A DNA stretch of 64,000 nt, taken from an uncultured Candidatus Actinomarina sp. (GTDB lineage Bacteria > Actinomycetota > Acidimicrobiia > Actinomarinales > Actinomarinaceae). Under the pieces are notes generated by a model. It was not told the origin of the DNA, ran no database searches, and saw only the letters and a list, made by a program, of their open reading frames with translations. Shown here piece by piece: positions 38,547 through 48,295 of this stretch. A program made the position numbers and the translations under genes. Position 1 is the first letter of the stretch; each line of letters begins with the position of its first letter. The stretch spans positions 138,538-202,537 of the forward strand of contig CACPJC010000002.1 in the NCBI GenBank assembly GCA_902634185.1, read 5' to 3'.

Positions 38547-39374
38547 GTGAATCAACATATATCATTTTCAAACTATTCAGACGATAAAGATTTTAAAAAT
38601 CTATTTACAAGCAATGAAATCTTTGATGAACAAATTAGTGAAACCAATAAGATTTTATTTAGAATACCAAATGATTTTTCTCAGATTGACAATCTAATTC
38701 TCACGTATGATGGACAAAATTTATTCGACTCATCAAAAAGTCATTTTGGAACAATATTTGATTTGGAAAACATATTACAAACTATTGAGAATGAATTCAA
38801 AAATAATTTTTTAATTATCGGAATCACTTCTAATAAAAAAAGACACATTCAATACAATCCTTATCCAAAGGAAAATGAAATTAATCATGCTGAAACACAT
38901 ATTAAGAATATAGTTTCGAATTTTTTGCCATCTGTTTTGAATTACTTGAATGTTAATTTTGAAAACACAAATCAAATTGTTTTAGGAGCATCAATGGGTG
39001 GTCTTATGTCAATCAAAACTTCCATATTGTTTCCTCAATTTAGAAATATAATTTCTCTATCTCCTGCATTTTGGTTTGGATACCCCAGAGTTTTATATGA
39101 TGTAAAAAATTTATCTAATGAATCATCCACATATCTCTATACAGGAAAAAAAGAGGGACATATTTTCGGTGATCACGTAAAAAATATTTTTTCAAACGAC
39201 TGGGATTTAGATTTTTCAAATAATGATGACTTTTATTATTCAGGCGTTAAAAAGATTGAAGATTCACTTAAATCTAATAACAAAAAAGTAATATTTTCAT
39301 ACCAAGAAAATGGACATCATAATGAAACTTCATGGGCGACGGCTGTACTTGACATTCTTGGGAAATTAATATGA
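38547..39374 (+). CDS. Alpha/beta hydrolase (IroE/Fes-like esterase)
   Basis: DGQNLFD, GASMGG, SPAFW, HNE..W. Confidence 0.85.
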   Translation: MNQHISFSNYSDDKDFKNLFTSNEIFDEQISETNKILFRIPNDFSQIDNLILTYDGQNLFDSSKSHFGTIFDLENILQTIENEFKNNFLIIGITSNKKRHIQYNPYPKENEINHAETHIKNIVSNFLPSVLNYLNVNFENTNQIVLGASMGGLMSIKTSILFPQFRNIISLSPAFWFGYPRVLYDVKNLSNESSTYLYTGKKEGHIFGDHVKNIFSNDWDLDFSNNDDFYYSGVKKIEDSLKSNNKKVIFSYQENGHHNETSWATAVLDILGKLI

Positions 39375-39637
39375 AACTTATTGGCACCTCATTTCAAATC
39401 AAGGTCTGGAAAGAAATAATCAAAATTCCAAAAGGTAAAACAAAAACTTACAAAGAGATTGCTATTAATATCGGACATCCAAATAGTGCAAGAGCAGTTG
39501 CAAATGCTTGTGGAAAAAATCCTTATCCTGGAACTATTCCCTGTCATAGGGTTGTTAGATCTGATGGAAAAATAGGTGGATATAGTGGGCCTGGGGGAGT
39601 AACTCAAAAGAAAAAGCTTTTGCAAGAAGAAAACTGA
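39371..39637 (+). CDS. ogt: Minimal O6-methylguanine-DNA methyltransferase domain
   Basis: FQ..VW....IP.G.T.TY, RAVA.AC..NP, IPCHRVV. Confidence 0.9.
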   Translation: MKLIGTSFQIKVWKEIIKIPKGKTKTYKEIAINIGHPNSARAVANACGKNPYPGTIPCHRVVRSDGKIGGYSGPGGVTQKKKLLQEEN

Positions 39638-39639
39638 AG

Positions 39640-39714
39640 TGGGCCTAGTTAGATTTGAACTAACGACCTCATCCTTATCAGGGATGCGCTCTAACCAGGC
39701 TGAGCTATAGGCCC
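39640..39714 (-). tRNA. tRNA-Ile(GAT)
   Basis: GGGCCTA..., anticodon arm CATCC-CTGATAA-GGATG, TTCAAAT loop; CCA not encoded. Confidence 0.96.
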
Positions 39715-39803
39715 TTATGCTCTATCTACATTAGTAATGAATGTGAAATATTTCTAAAATTTTTTCATTTACGAGCAAATCAAGGGCATAATATATGTTG
39801 CGA

Positions 39804-39876
39804 GGGGATGTAGCTCAGCTGGAAGAGCACCTGCTTTGCAAGCAGGGGGTCGTGGGTTCAAGTCCCATCATCTCCA
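39804..39876 (+). tRNA. tRNA-Ala(TGC)
   Basis: GGGGATG...CATCTCCA with G3:U70; anticodon arm CCTGC-TTTGCAA-GCAGG. Confidence 0.96.
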
Positions 39877-39896
39877 CAATAAGGTAACCTTATAAT

Positions 39897-40082
39897 ATGG
39901 ATAGAAAAGACTTTGAAAATTTATCTGAAAGTGAATTAAGACAACTTAAAGAGTCTATAGATGACGTACTAGAAGAAAAAAGATATAGGGAGTCTTACCT
40001 AAAAACTAATCCTAAAGGTGTAGCAATTGCATGGGTTGTTGTTGCAGTAATAATATCTGTGTATAGATATTTAACAATCTAA
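39897..40082 (+). CDS. Small protein with C-terminal TM helix
   Basis: 61 aa; coupled to the next gene (TAATG). Confidence 0.65.
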   Translation: MDRKDFENLSESELRQLKESIDDVLEEKRYRESYLKTNPKGVAIAWVVVAVIISVYRYLTI

Positions 40083-40315
40083 TGGAATATTTAATAGCAT
40101 TTTTTATTGGTGTTGTTATATTTCGTTTTTTAAAAAATTCTATAGGATCATTAGCAAGTGTACCTCCTGAAATCGATCCCACAGATGTTTTAGAAACATC
40201 CCAGTCATTTTTATGCAAAGCATGTGGAACAGAGCTAACAGTAAAATTACAATCTGTTGTTGCTAATGAACCTCCAAAACATTGTAAAGAAGAAATGACC
40301 CCAATAGAAAATTGA
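40082..40315 (+). CDS. Small membrane-anchored Zn-ribbon-like protein
   Basis: N-terminal TM, CKACG...PKHC.EEM. Confidence 0.7.
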   Translation: MEYLIAFFIGVVIFRFLKNSIGSLASVPPEIDPTDVLETSQSFLCKACGTELTVKLQSVVANEPPKHCKEEMTPIEN

Positions 40316-41769
40316 CTTTTTCAAGAAATAATCAAATTAATAAATTAAAAAATAATGATGAATATGATCTTTTTATCATTGGGGGAGGAATTGTTGGGGC
40401 TGCCACTCTTACTATTGCCTCAAATGCAGGGCTAAATGTCTTACTTGTTGATAAAAACGACTTTGCATCGGGAGCGTCAAGCAGAAGTACCAAGCTATTA
40501 CATGGTGGCATAAGATATTTACCACAGCTTCAGTTTTCTTTAGTTAAAGAAAGCTTAAATGAGCAGAAAATATTAAAAAAAAGATTAGGCTCTCTTTACA
40601 GGCCACTAAAACTACTTGCACCAATTTATAAAAATGATGGATTTGCAGATCTACCTAAAATTTTTCAGAAAAATTATATAGCATCTTATGCGTTCAAGTT
40701 AGGTCTGTTCTTTTATGATTTTTTAGGAGGAAGAAAGAAATCAGAAAAACATAAGAATATCTCAAAAAAAAATACATTTGTCTTATTTCCAAAGCTAAGA
40801 AAAGTTAATTTAAAGAAAAGTTTTATCTTCCAAGACGCACAAACTGATGATTCAAAGCTTGTACTTTCTCTTTTAAGAACAGCTGTTGAAATAAATAATT
40901 CCACGGCTATCAATTATTTAAATGTAAAAAATATATATAAAAAAAATAAGTTTTATGAAATACAATTATGTTGTGAATTAACGGGAGTCGAATATTCAGT
41001 TTTCGCAAAAAAAATAATTGCAGCATCAGGAGTTCATAACTTACCCGGTGATTATAAAGAAGTTTCTATAAAACTAAAGATGAGCGGGGGAGCACATTTA
41101 GTTTTAAAGGGTGACCCTCTAGACATCAACAACAATGGTGTTTTTCTACCTAAGACTGAAGATGAGAGAGTAATGTTCGTTTTACCTTGGAACGGAAACA
41201 CAATAGTCGGTACTACTGATACTGAAAAATTTTCTGGAACAAAAGACAACCCTTACGCATCAAAAGAAGAGATTGATTATTTGATACGACATGTTAAAAA
41301 ATATTTTGATATCGAAAAACTTGAATATATTTCAAGTTGGTCTGGTATCAGAGCTCTGATAGATGATAAAAACAACTCTACAAAAAAAATTATGAGAGGA
41401 CATATTATTGAAGAGGTTGACAAAAACTTTATACAAATTGCAGGCGGAAAATTAACGGGTTTTAGATTAATTGCAATTGAAGCGTTGAGTAAATTGTTCA
41501 ATAAAAAGTTTGAGTTACAAAATATCGAATACCAAGATCAAATAATTAATTATCAAAATTACTATAACTTATCCGATCTTGAGCATTCAATTAAACATTA
41601 TTGTGTTGCCACACCAGTTGATTATCTCTTAAGAAGAACAAATATAGGATGGTTTAGTGAAGATAGTGGTAAGGTCTCAATTAAAGAGATTGAAAGTCAT
41701 ACAAATTTTCAAGATATTGAATTTGATAGTTTTGAATACTTAAAAAAAGAAGGATTGTTAATTATCTAG
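40312..41769 (+). CDS. glpD: FAD-dependent glycerol-3-phosphate dehydrogenase
   Basis: IIGGGIVG, DFASG.SSRSTKL.HGG.RYL, GTTD, G.R.L, GGKLT. Confidence 0.92.
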   Translation: MTFSRNNQINKLKNNDEYDLFIIGGGIVGAATLTIASNAGLNVLLVDKNDFASGASSRSTKLLHGGIRYLPQLQFSLVKESLNEQKILKKRLGSLYRPLKLLAPIYKNDGFADLPKIFQKNYIASYAFKLGLFFYDFLGGRKKSEKHKNISKKNTFVLFPKLRKVNLKKSFIFQDAQTDDSKLVLSLLRTAVEINNSTAINYLNVKNIYKKNKFYEIQLCCELTGVEYSVFAKKIIAASGVHNLPGDYKEVSIKLKMSGGAHLVLKGDPLDINNNGVFLPKTEDERVMFVLPWNGNTIVGTTDTEKFSGTKDNPYASKEEIDYLIRHVKKYFDIEKLEYISSWSGIRALIDDKNNSTKKIMRGHIIEEVDKNFIQIAGGKLTGFRLIAIEALSKLFNKKFELQNIEYQDQIINYQNYYNLSDLEHSIKHYCVATPVDYLLRRTNIGWFSEDSGKVSIKEIESHTNFQDIEFDSFEYLKKEGLLII

Positions 41770-42026
41770 TTATATTTTGTTGTCATAATAAAACCAATAC
41801 CGATACAACCTAGCCCACTCCATAGATACCACCTTGATACTGAACCAGGCAAAAGTGTAAGATAATTTAACACTATAAGTAAAACTCCAATAATCATTAA
41901 AGAAGACATTGTTATTACAAACCATCTTGGTGATGGACCGCTAACATCTGACATTTGTGAAGATAGCTTTTTAGACTTTGTAGGCCCACTGTTCTTATTT
42001 CTATTTCTTTTCTTTGAGACAGGCAT
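41766..42026 (-). CDS. crgA: Cell division protein CrgA
   Basis: MP.SK.R, GPSPRWF...M..LM..G, two TMs; near pknB. Confidence 0.9.
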   Translation of the reverse strand: MPVSKKRNRNKNSGPTKSKKLSSQMSDVSGPSPRWFVITMSSLMIIGVLLIVLNYLTLLPGSVSRWYLWSGLGCIGIGFIMTTKYN

Positions 42027-42044
42027 ATTTAAAAAATACTATCG

Positions 42045-42875
42045 CTAAGAGCTAATTTCAATCAATTTCTTATTCTTTATGTTTACCAATCCCTCATCAG
42101 CAAGCTTTTTGATAATCGGCTTAATTTTTGAATCTTCTATTTCTAATGCTTTGTTTAAGCTAGAAATCTCAACATTTTCATTATTTATTAAATATTTAAT
42201 TATCTTTCCACGAATTTCTCTACTTGAACCTTTAAATGCTGATTGGGCATGTTTAGTATCCTGAAAAAATTTTTTACAATTTGGTTCAAGTAAACAAGAA
42301 TCGCATAAAGGATTTTTTGATTTACAAATTTTTGAACCAAAATCCATTAAAGCTTCGTTAAATTTCCTAGATTGTATGTTTTTCAGTATAATTTTTTCGT
42401 TTTCCTCAATAAAACTCTCTGGATTTTTAATCCCAAAAAATCTACTAAAAATTCTTATAACATTGGTGTCTTGGGCAATTACTTTTTCTTTATAAGCAAA
42501 AGACAGTATGGCATTCTTAGTATATTTTCCAACTCCTGGAAGTATCTCAAAATTTGGGTAGATTGAGTTAAATGATTTTTTAGATAAAATCTTTGACGCC
42601 TCGTGAAGCCTTAATGCTCTACTGTTATAACCTAAACCTGACCATAAACTAAGTATCTCCTTTTTTGTAACGATTGACATTTCTTTTGGGGTAGGAAATC
42701 TTTTTATGAATTTCTCATAATAAAAATTTGCCCTATCAAGCTGTGTTTGTTGTGCAATAATCTCTAATAATAAAATTTTCCATGGATCATTAGAATCTCT
42801 CCAGGAATATTCTCTCTTGTTTTTTTTAGACCACTTTAATAATTCTTGTTTGAATAAATTAATTTTATTCATCAA
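42045..42875 (-). CDS. mutY: A/G-specific adenine glycosylase (short form)
   Basis: WR...DPW.I...E...QQTQ, W.GLGY.SRA.RL, LPGVG.YT, C....P.C..C.....C; C-terminal wHTH-like tail. Confidence 0.9.
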   Translation of the reverse strand: MMNKINLFKQELLKWSKKNKREYSWRDSNDPWKILLLEIIAQQTQLDRANFYYEKFIKRFPTPKEMSIVTKKEILSLWSGLGYNSRALRLHEASKILSKKSFNSIYPNFEILPGVGKYTKNAILSFAYKEKVIAQDTNVIRIFSRFFGIKNPESFIEENEKIILKNIQSRKFNEALMDFGSKICKSKNPLCDSCLLEPNCKKFFQDTKHAQSAFKGSSREIRGKIIKYLINNENVEISSLNKALEIEDSKIKPIIKKLADEGLVNIKNKKLIEISS

Positions 42876-44634
42876 AAGTTAATTCAACTACGCCCTCTGG
42901 TTCAAGAAATTCACCTTTACGTGGTAATTGTTTTCTCACAACACCACTTGTGTCACCACTTATGGTTGCTACAAGTCCAGCTTCTTCTAACTTATCAATT
43001 GCATCTTGATATGTAAGGCCTTCAACTTCAGGTACTTCTATTTTTATTCCAAGTGAAACAATTATAGTTACAACATCATCAGGAGTTATAATCTCTCCTG
43101 CTTCAGGAAGTGTGCCTGAGACAAGACCTTCTTCTATATCTTCAGAGTATTCTTCCAAAGTTTCAAATTCCAAACCTAATGTTTCCAGTATTTGAGTAGC
43201 GTCTTCAACTGATTTTCTAGATAAATCACCTAGTTCAATCAAACTTGGTCCTGAAGAAATAACCAGATCTACAGTTGAGCCAGGACCCATTTTTTTTCCA
43301 GCCATTGGATTTTGAGAGATAATAAAGCCAATCGGAACGTTATCATCATTAACTTCTATTTTTTGACCTATTGTGAACCCACTTTCTTCAATTACATATA
43401 TGGCTCTTTCAGTTTCTAAATCAACAACATATGGAATAGGATATGCTTCCGGACCAACGGACACAATTATTGTTACGAGGGTATCAGGATTTGTTGATGT
43501 ATTTGCAGGAGGTTGAGTTCTTATCACAGAACCTTCAGGAACATCTGGGTGAGCAGAATTTTCTATACCAACTTTAAATCCCAGACTTTGTAAATCATTA
43601 AGTGCTTCTGTCTGACTACTACCTGTGAGATCTGGAACTTCAACAACAACTTGTGTACCTCCATCAACAGGTAATCCATCAAAAACTCTGGTCAATGTCC
43701 ATATTGTTCCTACGACTATCGATAAAGAAATGATCAATGCTGGAAGAGTAAATCTATATTTTATTTTTGGGCTTGTTAAATCGACAAGATTTTCCTGAGT
43801 CTGTATAGCTTGAAGTTGGGTTTTTTGTTGAAGGAGAACAGCTCTTAAGTCTTCAGCATTTTTAAATCTATCTTTTGGATATTTATGTAATAGTTTTAGT
43901 ACAGCATTTTCAATACCTTTTGGGATATTTGCTCTATATGTACTTAACTTTTCAGGCTTGTCGGTAATATGTTTTGTTGCAGTAGCAATAGGAGTATCTC
44001 CCTCAAAAGGAGGCCTTCCAGTAATTAATTCATACAGTACAGTTCCTAATGAATACAGATCTGACTCTTTTGAAACAGGTTTTCCCTGAGCTTGTTCGGG
44101 AGATATATAACTCGCTGTTCCAAGGATAGATCCTGTTTTAGTTATATCACTCTCTTCATTTTGTAATGAGACAATACCAAAGTCTGTAACTTTTACTTTT
44201 CCTTCTGGAGTAATCATTATATTTCCAGGTTTTATATCTCGATGAACAAGACCTTTTGAATGGGCAGCCTGCAGTCCGCTAGACACTTGTGCACCAATAA
44301 ATAAAATGTCATTCATACTTATCGTTCTTTTATTTGCAATTATCGAGGTTAATGTATTTCCTTCTATGTACTCCATAACAAAAAAGGGTTCATCTCCTAT
44401 TCCCCAGTCAAAGATTTGAACAATATTTGGATGATTTAAATTCGCAGCTGTTTGTGCCTCTCTTTTAAACCTTTCTACAAATTTTTCTTGCTCAACATAG
44501 TTTGGCTTGAGTGTTTTGATTGCTACTGTTCTTTGGAGTTGTTTATCAATAGCTTTGTAAACATACGACATACCACCTTCACCCAAAAGTTGAGTAATTT
44601 CATATCTCTCTTTAATTATTTGTCCTATTTGCAT
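42865..44634 (-). CDS. pknB: PASTA-domain Ser/Thr kinase PknB/Stk1
   Basis: LGEGGM, VAIK, HRDIKPGN, DFG, SPEQ; TM; four PASTA repeats. Confidence 0.96.
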   Translation of the reverse strand: MQIGQIIKERYEITQLLGEGGMSYVYKAIDKQLQRTVAIKTLKPNYVEQEKFVERFKREAQTAANLNHPNIVQIFDWGIGDEPFFVMEYIEGNTLTSIIANKRTISMNDILFIGAQVSSGLQAAHSKGLVHRDIKPGNIMITPEGKVKVTDFGIVSLQNEESDITKTGSILGTASYISPEQAQGKPVSKESDLYSLGTVLYELITGRPPFEGDTPIATATKHITDKPEKLSTYRANIPKGIENAVLKLLHKYPKDRFKNAEDLRAVLLQQKTQLQAIQTQENLVDLTSPKIKYRFTLPALIISLSIVVGTIWTLTRVFDGLPVDGGTQVVVEVPDLTGSSQTEALNDLQSLGFKVGIENSAHPDVPEGSVIRTQPPANTSTNPDTLVTIIVSVGPEAYPIPYVVDLETERAIYVIEESGFTIGQKIEVNDDNVPIGFIISQNPMAGKKMGPGSTVDLVISSGPSLIELGDLSRKSVEDATQILETLGLEFETLEEYSEDIEEGLVSGTLPEAGEIITPDDVVTIIVSLGIKIEVPEVEGLTYQDAIDKLEEAGLVATISGDTSGVVRKQLPRKGEFLEPEGVVELTFDE

Positions 44635-44637
44635 AAT

Positions 44638-45291
44638 TTAAATTAAGTTAATCATGATTGCTGATACGTTATCTTTAGGATCCAGTAACAATACTTCACT
44701 AACTAAAGTATCTGCACTTGTGCCATCCTGCATTTTTTTCTTTATATACTCCTCGCCAACTTCATTGTAAAGTCCGTCACTACATAGGAGTATTACATCT
44801 CCAATCTGAAGTTGAAAGTCTATTTCTTGAATATTTAGTTTCTCATTGGAACCAAGTGCTTGTTTTAATACATTCTGGTATCCAGGTACATTTTGATCTT
44901 CTGTAACTTTGACTAAATTTCGATCAGAAAGAACATAACACCTACTATCTCCAACATGTGCAATTTTCATTAGGGCATTCTCATTTATTGTGATCACAGT
45001 CATAGTTGTCCCCATACCAAGAGATTCAGGATTATCATCTTGAAATTGTAAGATCTGCTTATTTGCTTGATTTATAACTTTTTTTAAGTCTTCAACTTCT
45101 TCATTAAGTTTGTCTGCTGCAATTTTGCTGGCAATATCCCCACTTACGTGTCCTCCAAGACCGTCGCAAACAGCAGCCTTGAATGGGGGTTGATTATTAC
45201 CTGAAGTTGATGGATAAATAGAGTCTTCATTTTTCTTTCTATTTGGCCCACATTCGCTTCTAGCTGACCAAACAAGTTTAAAATTTTTCAT
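44638..45291 (-). CDS. PP2C/PPM protein phosphatase (soluble)
   Basis: R..NED, CDGLGG, GTT, HVGDSR, CSDGL, DN; no TM. Confidence 0.93.
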   Translation of the reverse strand: MKNFKLVWSARSECGPNRKKNEDSIYPSTSGNNQPPFKAAVCDGLGGHVSGDIASKIAADKLNEEVEDLKKVINQANKQILQFQDDNPESLGMGTTMTVITINENALMKIAHVGDSRCYVLSDRNLVKVTEDQNVPGYQNVLKQALGSNEKLNIQEIDFQLQIGDVILLCSDGLYNEVGEEYIKKKMQDGTSADTLVSEVLLLDPKDNVSAIMINLI

Positions 45292-45373
45292 TCCCTAATA
45301 ATCTTAGTTGTGAAATGTAATTGTATTTATAGACTGTATAAAGAACTAAAATTTAGAAAATATTGAAAAGTCT

Positions 45374-46351
45374 ATGAATATAATACGATACATTTTTGTA
45401 ATTATTTTGAGCATTACCATAGGATTTTTTGCGTTTAGATTTTATGATAATTTTTCAGAATCTTCGGAAATAAATACATTTTTAGAAGAGGCTTATGTTA
45501 TATCAAATCTTCATCAAGAGGCAGCAAAGAAATACGGTAAATTAATAAATTTTGATGAATTAAACAGGGATGAATTTGAATCGACTTTTATCGAAATAAT
45601 AAGAGATGCTCAAGAAGCAAACAATATCCTTATTAACTCTGAAAGTAGTTACACGGGAGCTGAGAGAGAATTATTAGAAATAGCTACAACATCTTGGTTA
45701 AAAGGTTTGGAAACTTTTCAGGTCTCAATATTAAATTTAGTTGATCAGGAATACTCACAACTACTTGAGGAGTCTATTGCAGAAAGTATTACAAGTTTAT
45801 CTGTTGGGGATAAAGCTTACAGCAATTTCTTGTCAGAAATAAAAATTAAATCAGATAACGAAAATTTATTTTTACCAGATTTTTTAAATATTGAATATAC
45901 AGGTATCGAATCAAACGCATATCAATTTGCTGAACTTATCGTTGATAGAGCAATTGAAAATAAAAGTGGTCTTTTTCTGAGAAGAGATATTTCTGTAACA
46001 GGTGTTGAATTTGTACCTCAATCAATAGCTATTACCGAGGAAGGCTACAGAGTATTACTTGATCAACCTACGTCACTGCAGTTAGTAATTGCAAACGAAG
46101 GAAATGTAGAGGAAACAGAAGTCCTTGTTTTAATCTTGGTAACAGATGAATCAGGAGATACAGTTTATGAAAAAAGAACAAAACTAAACACCATTGGTCC
46201 TTTTGAGAGTAAAAGTTATTACTTAGATCCTTTAGAAATTGAAAAAGGAATTCTATATGAGTGGTTTATACTTGTCGAAGAAGTAGAAAATGAAGAAGAT
46301 TTCGAAGATAATATATATTCTGTTAAAGCATTTATTCCACCAGAGGACTAA
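45374..46351 (+). CDS. Membrane-anchored/secreted protein, helical N-domain + Ig/CARDB-like C-domain
   Basis: N-terminal hydrophobic segment; V.N.GN..E..V.V, I.P.ES, E....DN pattern. Confidence 0.6.
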   Translation: MNIIRYIFVIILSITIGFFAFRFYDNFSESSEINTFLEEAYVISNLHQEAAKKYGKLINFDELNRDEFESTFIEIIRDAQEANNILINSESSYTGAERELLEIATTSWLKGLETFQVSILNLVDQEYSQLLEESIAESITSLSVGDKAYSNFLSEIKIKSDNENLFLPDFLNIEYTGIESNAYQFAELIVDRAIENKSGLFLRRDISVTGVEFVPQSIAITEEGYRVLLDQPTSLQLVIANEGNVEETEVLVLILVTDESGDTVYEKRTKLNTIGPFESKSYYLDPLEIEKGILYEWFILVEEVENEEDFEDNIYSVKAFIPPED

Positions 46352-46354
46352 ATC

Positions 46355-47605
46355 ATGATAGATCCACAACTTATAAAAACTGATCTTGAAATTATTGAAA
46401 CAAATCTTAAAAAAAGAGACTTAAAAATTGATTTACAAAATTTAAAAAAACTTGATGAAGAACGAAGAGAGTCAAAATTTGAATCCGAAAAACTCAGGTC
46501 TGACCAAAAAAAATTAGGCAAAGAGATTGCCTCATCAGACGGGGATGAAAAGGATAAATTACTACAAAAGGCTGAAAAACTTAGCCAAAAGGTTAAAAAG
46601 CTAACAGAAGAAACACAGAAAAAAGAAGAAGATTTTCTAAACGAGTGGATTAAAATTCCAAATATTGTCAACCCCTCATCTCCTATTGGTAAAACAGATG
46701 CCGACAATAAAGAACTAAAGCAAGTAGGAAAGCCTAAAGATATGAAAAATCCACTATCGCATTTAGATATTGGAGAAAAATTAGGTTTAATTGATGTAGA
46801 AAAGGCCTCAAGTGTTTCAGGTTCTAGATTTTCATACTTATTTGGAGATTTGGTGAAAATGCAATTCAATCTTGTTTCTTATGCTTTGAATAAATTGTCT
46901 GAAAAAGGATTCAATCCAACAATTCCACCAGTTTTGGTTAGGGAAAATGCTCTTTTTGGAACTGGATTTTTTCCTGATGATTCAGATCAAGTGTATGAGA
47001 TTCCAAATGATGACCTATTTCTAGTTGGTACGTCAGAAGTATCACTTGCTGCTTTACACGGTGATGAAATTCTTGATTTTGACAAACTACCTATCAGATA
47101 TGCAGGATATTCAACTTGCTTTAGAAGAGAAGCTGGAACTTATGGGAAAGACACAACAGGAATATTTAGAGTCCACCAATTTGATAAAGTAGAAATGTTT
47201 TCTTTTTGTAGTCCTGAAAAATCAGAAGAAGAACATGAATTTATTCTCTCAGTTGAAGAAGAGATTTTACAAGAGCTAGAAATTCCTTATAGAGTCGTTG
47301 ATGTTTGCACCGGCGATCTAGGTTCATCTGCTGCTAAAAAATTTGATATCGAAGCATGGATACCAAGTCAGAATACATATAGAGAAGTAACATCTTGTTC
47401 AAACACAACGGATTTTCAGGCCAGAAGGTTAAATATTCGCACAAAAGTAGAAAAAGATACTACTTTACTCCATACATTAAATGGTACAGCTATTGCAGTG
47501 GGAAGAATATTAATAGCTCTACTTGAAAATAATCAAACTGAAGATGGAGGAGTAGAATTCTCTGATAGCTTGGGGAATATTTTAGGGGTTGATAAGTTAA
47601 GCTAA
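46355..47605 (+). CDS. serS: Seryl-tRNA synthetase
   Basis: Coiled-coil arm, GTSEV, CFRREAG, RVHQF.K.E, HTLNGT. Confidence 0.98.
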   Translation: MIDPQLIKTDLEIIETNLKKRDLKIDLQNLKKLDEERRESKFESEKLRSDQKKLGKEIASSDGDEKDKLLQKAEKLSQKVKKLTEETQKKEEDFLNEWIKIPNIVNPSSPIGKTDADNKELKQVGKPKDMKNPLSHLDIGEKLGLIDVEKASSVSGSRFSYLFGDLVKMQFNLVSYALNKLSEKGFNPTIPPVLVRENALFGTGFFPDDSDQVYEIPNDDLFLVGTSEVSLAALHGDEILDFDKLPIRYAGYSTCFRREAGTYGKDTTGIFRVHQFDKVEMFSFCSPEKSEEEHEFILSVEEEILQELEIPYRVVDVCTGDLGSSAAKKFDIEAWIPSQNTYREVTSCSNTTDFQARRLNIRTKVEKDTTLLHTLNGTAIAVGRILIALLENNQTEDGGVEFSDSLGNILGVDKLS

Positions 47606-48145
47606 AAGTAAGCTTGCTATCATACTTAGACCTAAGAATATATAAACAGTTCTCTCAAGAGTAGAATTTTTTCTCAACCAATTTTGTAACTTTTCCCCTA
47701 AAAGTAACCAAATTCCAACGCAAAATGGAAGAACTGAAAAGTATATTAGTGTCCCTTGTAAGTGGGTTACATTAAAGGCTGTTAATCCAGAAATTGCCAT
47801 TACAACACCTTTTGGATTTACCCATTGAAACAAACAAGCCTGTATAAATGTAAATGGTTTTTCTATTTTACTTTTATCAGTTGATGTTTTGGTTGTGGCA
47901 ATTTTGTATGCGATATAAACAATTACTCCATAGCCAATATATTGAAGGTAAGTAAATACCTCACTAGGAACAAATGAAAGAATGTAACCCCCTACAAAAA
48001 ATAAAAATGTAAAACCAAGCCAAATTCCTAAGAAGTGAGGAATCGACGGTCGTCTACCAAATTTTATACCTGATGCCATAAGCATTGAATTGTTGGGGCC
48101 TGGTGTTATGGCAGTTACTGAAGCGAAGATAAAAAACTCAAGCAC
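47597..48145 (-). CDS. LysE family translocator
   Basis: TPGPNN, G...G, FQWVNPK. Confidence 0.9.
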   Translation of the reverse strand: MLEFFIFASVTAITPGPNNSMLMASGIKFGRRPSIPHFLGIWLGFTFLFFVGGYILSFVPSEVFTYLQYIGYGVIVYIAYKIATTKTSTDKSKIEKPFTFIQACLFQWVNPKGVVMAISGLTAFNVTHLQGTLIYFSVLPFCVGIWLLLGEKLQNWLRKNSTLERTVYIFLGLSMIASLLLA

Positions 48146-48188
48146 TTTTCAATATTAATACTAGAGTTTTAGAAACTGAAGTTTAAAG

Positions 48189-48277
48189 CGGAGGGAGTGG
48201 GATTCGAACCCACGGAGCCTATAAAGACTCACGACATTTCGAGTGTCGCGCACTAGACCGGACTATGCGATCCCTCC
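48189..48277 (-). tRNA. tRNA-Ser(CGA)
   Basis: Anticodon arm CGACA-CTCGAAA-TGTCG, long variable arm, G73. Confidence 0.95.
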
Positions 48278-48295
48278 TAGAATAAGTTTAGGGAT

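Noticed and set aside
10554-39639. Prophage or integrative element in the block between DUF3566 and tRNA-Ile
   Set aside because: No integrase, transposase or phage structural genes, no tRNA-end duplication, and no obvious composition shift
39640-39876. tRNA-Ile/tRNA-Ala as an rRNA operon spacer
   Set aside because: They are divergent and no 16S or 23S sequence flanks them
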